Under the pieces are notes generated by a model. That model saw nothing but the letters and a program-made list of their open reading frames with translations, had not been told where the DNA came from and ran no database searches. A DNA stretch of 64,000 bases, taken from assembly GCF_009914755.1 (NCBI RefSeq), contig NC_060931.1; one strand, given 5' to 3'. Within the stretch, counting starts at the first letter, position 1; the number at the start of each line of letters is the position of its first letter. Positions 55,246-64,000 of the stretch are shown here, piece after piece. Source of the stretch: the human T2T-CHM13v2.0 reference genome, Homo sapiens. Both the position numbers and the translations under genes were made by a program.

Positions 55246-55880
55246 ACTCATAGCTTAGCTTTCACTTATAAATGAGAGCATAAAGTACTTGGTTTTCCAT
55301 TCCTGAGTTATTTCATTTAGAATAACGGCCTTCAGCTTCATCCAAGTCGCTGCAAAGGACATTGTTTTGTTCCTTTTTATGGCTGAGTAGTATTCCATGG
55401 TATATATATACCACATTTTCTTTATCCACTCGTTGATCAATGGGCACTTAGGTTGATTCCATATCTTTGCAATTGTGAATTGTGCTGCAATAAGCACACA
55501 TGTGCATGCATCTTTTTCATATAATGACTCCTGTTCCTTTGAGAAGATACTTAATAGTGGGATTGATATACCAAATGGTAGATCTACTTTTAATTCTTTA
55601 AGAAATCCCCATACTGTTTTCCATAGAGGTTGTACTAATTTACATTCCCACCAGCAGTGTATGAGTGTTCCTTTTCACCACATCCACGCCAACATCTACT
55701 GTTTTTTGACTTTTTAATAATGGTCATCCCTGCAGGAGTAAGGTGGTATTTCACTGTGGTTTCAGTTTGCATTTCCCTGATGATTAGTGATGTTGAGCAT
55801 TTTTGGCCATTTGTATCTCTTTTGAGAAATGTCTATTCATATCATTTGCCTCCTTTTTGATGGGATTAATAATTTTGTTA
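55246..55880 (-). mobile_element. L1PB-type fragment (ORF2 C-terminus and part of the 3'UTR)
   Basis: [40 protein letters not shown]; ggttttccattcctgagtta. Confidence 0.9.
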
Positions 55881-58800
55881 CTGATGTATAACTCTAGGTA
55901 ACAACAGCTAACCCAAAAGAACTAATTTTATTACCAAAAAAATGACTTTTATCTTGGGCAAGCATAATCTTGATGAAGATGAAAAAGCGTTATTAAAATG
56001 AACCAGGGTAAAAAAAAAAAAAAAAAGAAACAATAAAAATGATTTGTTCCTTTTATACCGGGGTTCTTTCTTAAAACAAAGTAAAGCGAAGAAGAACATG
56101 GTGTCATAATGCATTTTGAAAATGTAGTAAAGTTTTCAAGTGGGCTAAAGCCTCTAAAGAGAATATCATATATCAAAGGATAAGCAAATAATCAGAGCCC
56201 AGTAGAATAAAACTGATTTAGCACAGGTTTTTAAAAAATTCATGCATCATCTTCAAAAGTAGGTTACTTACAGCTCTGGGATTTAACAAAACTATTTACC
56301 CTTCTTTTCTAATTAATTTTCAAAGCTCTCTTCACTAAATTTTCTTACCCTTTTATCTCTTATCATGATGCCTCTCATTCATTAACACCGTGTTGCATTC
56401 TATCTACTCCTGTTGAGAGGGAACAAAAGGAGAATCTTCGTGCTGAAACACTGGAGAAGCAAGAAGAGAGGAAGCATTTCTTCCTGCAGGACAGGACTGA
56501 GACAGTTGGAAATATTTCATATTGTTTTGGGTTCCTCAGATCCTTCCCAATGATTCTCTGGTCAATTCATACAAGGTAGTTGGATGTGATCCCTCCCCTC
56601 TGATAGCAAAAAAACTGAGTCAGAATGGCAAGTATGGACCAAGTACATGGGCTCTGAGCCAGTGATGGCAATGCCAGGTTATCTTGGCTATATGAAGTTA
56701 CCCCTGCCTTTCTTTCACCATGAAAGAAAAGTTCTTTTTAAGTTCTTTTTATAACTAGTATGAGCAGCATTCACTTACTTATAAATTCAACAGATATTTA
56801 TTGATTCCCATACAAGGAACCACTCTAAAACTATTCTCCTAAAATTTCATTTCTAATACCACATTTGTGCTTTTCTTATAACCACTAGCTATAAGTAGTA
56901 CATGGGGCCACAAAAGGTGCCTACAGTAATTCATTCTGTTAGAAATAAAGTTACCATGTGAATTGATCCATAAAATCAATATAAAACAGACTCCAAAAAC
57001 CATGAGGCTTCATCTTAACCAGAGTGAAAATGTTTATATCTTTAAAGAAGGGATTTGTTTTTTTAGAAGAGTGGCTTTAGCCATGAAAACATGGAAAAAG
57101 ATTTCCAGAGATAATGGTTGTCAGTGCCCCTCTAAGCTCTATGGCAATAGGTAGTACGGGCACCTGTCAAATCAACTACCCCTATAATGGAGACCCATCA
57201 GTCTGGCTGAGATCTATGGCATAAACATTTAATTCATATAGACAAGCAATCTCTTTTTTGATTCCTTGTTCAACTGGAACCTTGATCATTTGATTTTCTT
57301 AGTAGTTTGCCTACAGGGAAGAAGTAGATGGGTCAAATTAATGCTAGTATTAGGTTCACTTGGCAATTGTGTTTTTCATTGTGAATTAGTTACTTTTCTG
57401 GTCTTTTTGTCAGTTATTTGGTTGTATAATTAGCATAAGTGAGTGTCCTCAAACATAACCAATTCCAGAACACTGGCAAATTCAAATTCTGCCTCTTAGG
57501 CTAATAACCAGTCTCTGGTCTCAATGAGTTCAACAAGGCAAATATTACTTGGTAAGATATAGTAGTAGTCATTTCTTAGTTCCATCACTTACCTTACTTT
57601 TTAAACATTGATATCAAATATAAAAAGAGTTGTGTTAAAGTGATACGTGTTTCTTTTCCTGATCTGGCTAATGGGATAGTGCGTACAATACCAGGTTAAT
57701 TGATCAAACTCTGTCAGCAGGGGACGGGGATAAGTGACTTAAAGGAGCTGACCTACTAGGATCAGTCCCATATTTAAAATAATGTTTTAAAATTTTAAAA
57801 GGTTTTTATTTCTAGCTCAATGAAAATATTGAAATCTATTGCTATTTTTGTGTAAAAAGATTTGAGAGCAGATTTTAATAACTCAGAGGATAATTAGCAT
57901 CTTGACAGAACAAAGAGGATAGATTTTTAATTATCAACATTTAATGTAAAGTATTTCAAACAAAATGATTTATATGTATATAAGTTAACTTTATGTACAT
58001 CAGGGGGATGGAGGGTAAGTTAGCAAATGTTTTAAGTGCTAATCAGATATACATGCTTCAAGGAGGGTTTGTTAAGATCTGAAAAACTCAAATTAGATTT
58101 CAGAGGCAGCTTCTACAAAAGTTTCAACACTCCCATACCTAAGTCTTCCTAGAGCAGATTGTAATTGTACAAAAGATGTTAAAAAATAATTTTAATTGGT
58201 AAAATGGTGTCTAAGAGCTATGAATATGGCTAGAAATAGTCTACAAGCATCTCCACCCTTGCTTAAGCTATATAAATTCCTGGGATTAAGGGTTTTAATT
58301 TAGTGCTGGATACCATCACTTAAAGATACTATGGATCTCATTCAAACATCCTGGACCTGAATTCTGATTAAAAGGTTAACTGAATGCTGCTATGAGAATA
58401 GCATCATACCTGTCTTAAATGAGGATTTCATGCAAAATGCTTGGTTGTGCATGAAAACACAGAGAACTGGAACTTTTTTGGAGCGGAAAAAACAGCATAG
58501 TTAATGTTTTGCAATATGCTTGTTCATAAATATTTGCATTATGGCAGATTTGTTCTGACATTTGCCTTAATTTAACATTTCTCCTGGTTGTGAAAGTACA
58601 GAAGAGGAAACCTAGAGTCCTCTTCACCCCTAAGATTACGTTACGTCTGATATCTCAGTCGTGAATGGACGAATTGGCCTAGGTCAGTTCATAACCACAG
58701 GGCCACAAATAACAATAAGCCCATTTTACAATTTTCATTTCAGAGTCCAATTCTGTTCTAATTAATCACTGAAGAGGCATGGATTAGGGAGAAAACGGGC

Positions 58801-59874
58801 ATTATCATCATTTATTTTTGTTGTTAAGATACTGGAATTGAATAGAATGTTAGCCATCCATAAGCTCTTTCTCCTCTCTTTTTTCTTATTGCTCAGATTC
58901 TTTCCGGTGTCATTATTTTCAAGGAATGACAGCAAAATGTTAAAAGTACCCTGGCTTTGTGTTGCTAGGAAACTAATCCAAAAGAGTCCCTTGCTGGTGT
59001 TTCCATTTCAGGCCTTAGAACTTGTATCAGTTTTCCTCTCCCTCTCACATCCGAGTAGCAGCTTTATGAGGGGTATGCATATATCTGTGTTGGGGGTGGG
59101 TGGGTAAGGTTCGTTTTTCTTTCCAGGAGGCTCCATGTTCCCTTCATAGACAAGTCCCAAATCACCCATCACTGAAGCAGAAGCTGGTGCTGACTCACCT
59201 GTTATTCAATCCCCTTTCTTTAAATATGCCCAGGCTCAAAACTAAGTGCTATCTCGGGAAAATAAATCAATTACCTAGTATACCCATCCACTAATGTTGA
59301 GAAACAACAAGGAATTGAGCTTATTAGCTGAAGTCCCAGGGTATCACTCTGATTTTGGTGATTTTCCATGTTTGCTTATACTTCAGGGGAAATGCCAGTT
59401 CCTAAGGGCAAAAGGGCCCCGAAACAGCTTTCTAGGAAACTGTTGGCTATCTTTCAACTAGGAAGATTTACAAACTAAAATTCTCAATCCAGAACTATAT
59501 TAAAGATACTGGAAAGAAGAGGAAACTGTTTTAGAGGCTACTGGGTAAAGGATGAAGAAAGCAAAGAGGAAAGATGGGGAAATGGAGGGAATAGGAAGAA
59601 GAGTAGAAAGTCTTGAGGAGGGCAGAACTTGAACCGTATCCCACGTCTTTCCCTCAGGGGCCTGAAAAGTGTCCCATTTGTTGGGCTCCTTTAACCTGGA
59701 AGTATACACCCCTTCCACGAAAAGATTAGAGCTCTAATAAAGCTCATTTCTTAACTTTAAGCTGCATATAAAAGTCATCCTATTTTTACATTTATCAGCA
59801 CCTTGTCTGTGTTTTCCTGACATCATTCTCTCAGAGTGAGAGGAACATTCTCCATTTTAAAATTGATTAGTCCT

Positions 59875-60313
59875 CGTATTAGTTTTCTAGTGCTTCCTTA
59901 ACAAAATGTCATAAAATAGGTGGCTTAAAACAACGAAAATTTATTCCCTCACAGTTCTGGAGGCTAGAAGACTGAAATCAAGTTGTTGGTGGGACCATCC
60001 TCCCTCCAAAGCTTTTAGGGAAAGTTCCTTCCTTCCATCTTCCATCTTCTTGTAGCTCCAGGCATTCCTTGGCTTGTGGCAGCATAACCCCAATCTTTGT
60101 TTCCATCATCATTTAGCATTCTTCCTGTGTATGTTTCTTTTTGGGTCTCTTCTCCTCTTCTCATAGGCACACCAGTCACATCAGATTACAGTCCACCCTA
60201 ATGACCTCATCTTACATTGATTACATCAGGCAAGGCTCTATTTCCAAATAGAGTCACGTCAAAAGTACTGACTTGAGCATATCTTTTTAGGGGACATAAT
60301 TTAATGCATAACA
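59875..60313 (-). mobile_element. MLT1B/C-like solo LTR
   Basis: ggtggcttaaaacaac..aaatttatt..ctcacagttctggaggctagaag; 5-bp TSD gtcct/gttct. Confidence 0.88.
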
Positions 60314-62559
60314 GTTCTCCAGATATAGAAATGTAAAAAGAACAAAAAGAGGGAAGGGGGATATTTGCCTAACTACTTAATTTATCTAACATCAAATTGC
60401 CAACCTATGAAAAGAATTGTAATAAATACCACCTATGATAACTTTATGACTACCACCTTTAACTTATTTTGTTCCTTTTAAGGAATCAATACATCAGTTA
60501 TTTCATTTGATTCTTACAATAAACCTATGAACTCTTTCACAAAAGAGGGACTCCAGTATAACCACATCTCTATTACTTTCCAATTAATGACTGTAGATTC
60601 CATCTACATTATTATCAGGAACCTCTCTTTTCAGGATTATGTCTCCTTTATAAATTGTCAAATGTCATGCAGTTGATGTAGTTGAGGGACGGGATCAATC
60701 CAACTTTTACATCAACTGGGAGAAAACTGCGTTCAGTCAAGGATTTTTTTTTCTTACTGCCACATGGTGTCACTCTTGAGAACCAGTCCGACATGCGAAT
60801 CTCTCCCAGGATGTTGGGCATCACTGTAGATGAAGGGTCTCATTCTCTTAGATTGAGTTAGCCCAGAGGACCCCTCTATTGAGCTCCCAATTTTGCAGTT
60901 CTTTGCCCTCATTTTCAAGCCCTACACAGTCAGCCTCAGGTTACCAGCCAGACTCAGGAAGGCTGATGAGTCCAACCATGCCTCCACCCAGAACCCCACC
61001 TTCCTCTTCCATAGGAATTTTTTACTAAGGGCTTTCACGTACCCAGAGGTGTTTTAAAATGCATCTATACTTTTGTTTAGCACTCACAGGTCACTTTGTC
61101 TCTAAAGTTAAGGTTGCTTGGACTTGTCTTCTGCTGCAAATACAAGGAAAAGTTTGGAGTGTATGTCATAAGGGGGCCCAGAAATCCAGACTTGGAATGC
61201 CAAGACAAGGCCAAGTCCTCAACTGCACTCCTCCTTCTGGGCTGATGCTCACAGGGCAGAAGTCCTCCTTGTTTTCACTCTCAAAGCCACATCCCAGGGC
61301 TACCGAGAACACTGTCAGAATTGGTTCAGTGACCCTTCTCTTTTATTAACCTGAATTTCATTTCTGTTTCCTCAAGAGATCCCTCTCTGTCAGATCTCCC
61401 AGTTTTTCTATTTTAGATAATGGAGAACCACCTTCTTTTCTATCTTAGATAAAGCTATTTTCTGCAATTGTCAGGCACACAGGGTCTCATTGCAGGTCAA
61501 TGTTGTAGGAGAAAGAATCAGTTGCCCTATTCCTTCTCTTCTCAGCACAACTGTCTTCAGAGACACAAGATGCCCTTCTCACCCAGGTCCTAAGAGGGTG
61601 AGTTTAGCTCCTCTCAGTAAATCCAAAATGGCTTCCTCATACCTTCCTTTAGTGGAAGAAAACTTAGGAAAATGTTAATATTTAGCAGGACCCTATGCTG
61701 TAGAAATAATAATGACTTATGCAGTGAACTCTCTGAAGCCAATTGGCCATTCACAACCGTTAGGTTTGGGAAATCAGAGACGGTGGAACTATGTATCTTC
61801 TCCCCAACCACCTCGGTACCAAGCAGCTGAAAGCAAGTCTTATATTCTATCTTGCCCCTTAGAGAAATATTTAGTTGCAGGTAGACACAAAAGAGACTCA
61901 TACAACCTGTTCTGTAAGATTGGTGAGGTCCTGGTTCCTTTGTCCTTTCAGACAAAGATATTTCTGGCAAGACGTGGAGAGAAAGAGTCCCTTCAATGAA
62001 AAAATGCAAGACTGTTCTGACTGCTTTTTCAGGTAAACTTCCTGTTGGACCTAGTTGGCTTGTTAAGTGAAGGACAAAACCAGAAGGTGTTCTACATATA
62101 AGGCTCACTCTGAAGTTTCAGGCTGCTGGACTGGTTGCTTCATTACATGTACTTTGTTCAAACCTGTTGTCTTTTAGCCATTCATTGAACTGCACTTATT
62201 TTTACGATAAATACCATTTTTTAATGTCGGTATTAACAAAACTTCTAATGCATGTTTACACAGCACTTGTTGACTTGCTTCCCATAGCCACCTCTGTGTG
62301 AACTCATAATAAAGGTCCTTCAGATCCTGACTAAACACAGACAGCGTATCTATTCATAACTAGGGTACTTCAAATAAAAATGAACTTCCCTAGTGTGTGG
62401 ATACAAGTTAACCTGCATACACTTCCTCACATGTTTTAAACTGAAGTAGTATAAAGAAAATTAAAGGTAGTGACAAATCTTACTCCTACATTACACCTTT
62501 TAGCATTATTTTTGTATTTTTTAGAAAACATTTTCCCATACATAATTACATTTAAACTC

Positions 62560-62690
62560 AACAAAAAATTAAGTGAGATAGAAATTATCATCTCCATTTT
62601 TCAGATGAGAAAACTGAGGTTTAAAAGATAAATAACTTCTCCTTCAGTTACTCTGCAAGCAAATAGCACAGCGGGTTCTGATCTTGTCTT
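62560..62690 (-). mobile_element. MIR
   Basis: attatcatctccatttttcagatgagaaaactgagg. Confidence 0.75.
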
Positions 62691-62727
62691 TCAAATTTCA
62701 ACTTATCAATTCTTTTATCAAATTTTG

Positions 62728-62868
62728 AAACTCAAAGTGAGCCCATGAACCAGAATCATCAGCATCATCTAAGAGACTGTCAGAAACATAGCATCCCAGA
62801 TCCCATCCCGTAAATGCTGAATCAAGATCTTTATGAGTTGATTTCTCAGTACAGTTTGGGAAGTATTG
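62728..62868. mobile_element. MER5-type hAT MITE
   Basis: ctcaaagtg...catcagcatcatct...ctgaatcaa...agtttgggaagtattg. Confidence 0.7.
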
Positions 62869-62876
62869 TTCTAGAG

Positions 62877-63056
62877 CAAGAGGTACCACTTGTTTTTGTA
62901 AATAAAGTTTTATTAGAACACAACCATATCAATTTGTCTATGTATTGCTGTTTTCCCTTCAGCAGCTGAGGCACTGATTGCAACTAAAACTATATGATCT
63001 ACAAATCATAAAATATTTAGTAGCAGGATCTTTACAAAAAAGTTCGTTGACCTTTG
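62877..63056. mobile_element. MER58A-like hAT MITE
   Basis: tgtttttgtaaataaagttttattagaacaca...ctttacaaaaaagtt..tgacc; 8-bp TSD ttctagag/gtctagag. Confidence 0.85.
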
Positions 63057-63064
63057 GTCTAGAG

Positions 63065-63350
63065 CAGTTTCTCTTACTATCTGTGTTGAAAGATCAGTTT
63101 TTTGTTTCTAATTTCCAATACATTGTCACTAATACATTCATTTAAATAAAATAAAAATGAATTATTGTAAAATAAATAAAAATGCTGTAAAAATATAAGC
63201 CGTATTTTGAAATATATATTAAAAGATATAAAACTACTCTGTCAAATTGCTTTTTAAAAGCTTGTAAATGATTACTTTCAATTTCTATACCTATTGAGGA
63301 CCAGCAACATGTTGCAGGCCAGCACTTGCCTGTGGACAGCTCTTTGAGTG
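63065..63350 (-). mobile_element. MER119-like hAT element
   Basis: ataaaactactctgtcaaattgct...caatttctatac...tgtggacagctctttgagt. Confidence 0.65.
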
Positions 63351-64000
63351 CTCTAGGTTATAGGAATGAACTACTCGCATTTTTTATAGCAGTTCTCCTA
63401 ATCTGGCTTTGGACAGTTTGTTTAGTCACATGACAATGAAACCTAGGAATTATAAATGTTTCCAAAGGGTAGGATGCCATCACTCTGGAAAGATACTTCT
63501 TTTAAGAAGTTCAGCTGATATTTTACTTACCACTGTCTCCTCACAACTGCTAGTTTCCATCTGCCTTGTTATTTCAGAAATGTGTGCAGCCACCACTGCT
63601 ACTTTGCATTAAGTAGTGCTTACCAAATTACTCCTGAGCCCTCAATTTTAAATATAGTATCTATGCTCTCATTGCTGAAGGGACAGAACCACCAAAAGAG
63701 ATCACTCTGCATGCAGGGAGAACTCACTAAATTCTTCTATCTAATTGACATGCAGAGCAAATGCTAGACTCTAGAAAAGAAAAAGTTACAAAAACACACT
63801 TTCCAAACTCCCCTAGAAAAATTACCTGCAGTCTAGGAAAATAAGCCTCCAACTTCTCCTTATTAGCTGGTCTCATGTTGCTAGGCAACAGCTGGCCTGT
63901 ATCCACAGCCAGGCTTTTAAGAGTCACGCTTGTCTTGTAAGTCCCCAAGAGTCCTCAACTCTGACTTGCTCTGTCTTCTGCCTTCTGTTTATTTGCTGTG

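Noticed and set aside
59101-59127. Plus-strand donor GTAAGG followed closely by acceptor tttttctttccag
   Set aside because: A ~23-nt intron is too short to splice, and no partner site was identified
61614-62108. 164-aa minus-strand ORF in unique sequence
   Set aside because: Non-ATG start, no recognisable domain, composition typical of non-coding DNA

Overview
Primate (probably human) AT-rich, CpG-depleted non-coding DNA from an intergenic or intronic region. I cannot name the locus and I recognise no host protein-coding exon. Roughly half the window is interspersed repeat: several L1s, 7 Alus, L2/MIR/CR1 relics, a two-LTR THE1D MaLR, MLT1 LTRs, an LTR16/ERVL relic, Tigger1 and hAT MITEs. 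Nearly all protein-like ORFs in the track are decayed L1, Tigger1 or ERVL frames, or Alu/LTR noise. I found no convincing novel multi-gene system. The best observations are structural. (1) A ~680-bp inversion cuts a Tigger1 and its host L1ME, with a 19-bp inverted duplication at both breakpoints. (2) A near-full-length L1 is a chimera of a young 5' half and an older 3' half. (3) A 3'-truncated L1PA6/7 keeps an open 71-codon antisense ORF0. (4) There is a very diverged 7SK retrocopy. (5) There is a palindromic 32-bp AT-rich minisatellite. (6) A repeat-poor right end (56-64 kb) carries splice-site and TF-motif clusters and may hold lncRNA exons or enhancers. Subfamily calls come from remembered consensus sequences compared by eye, so boundaries are approximate.
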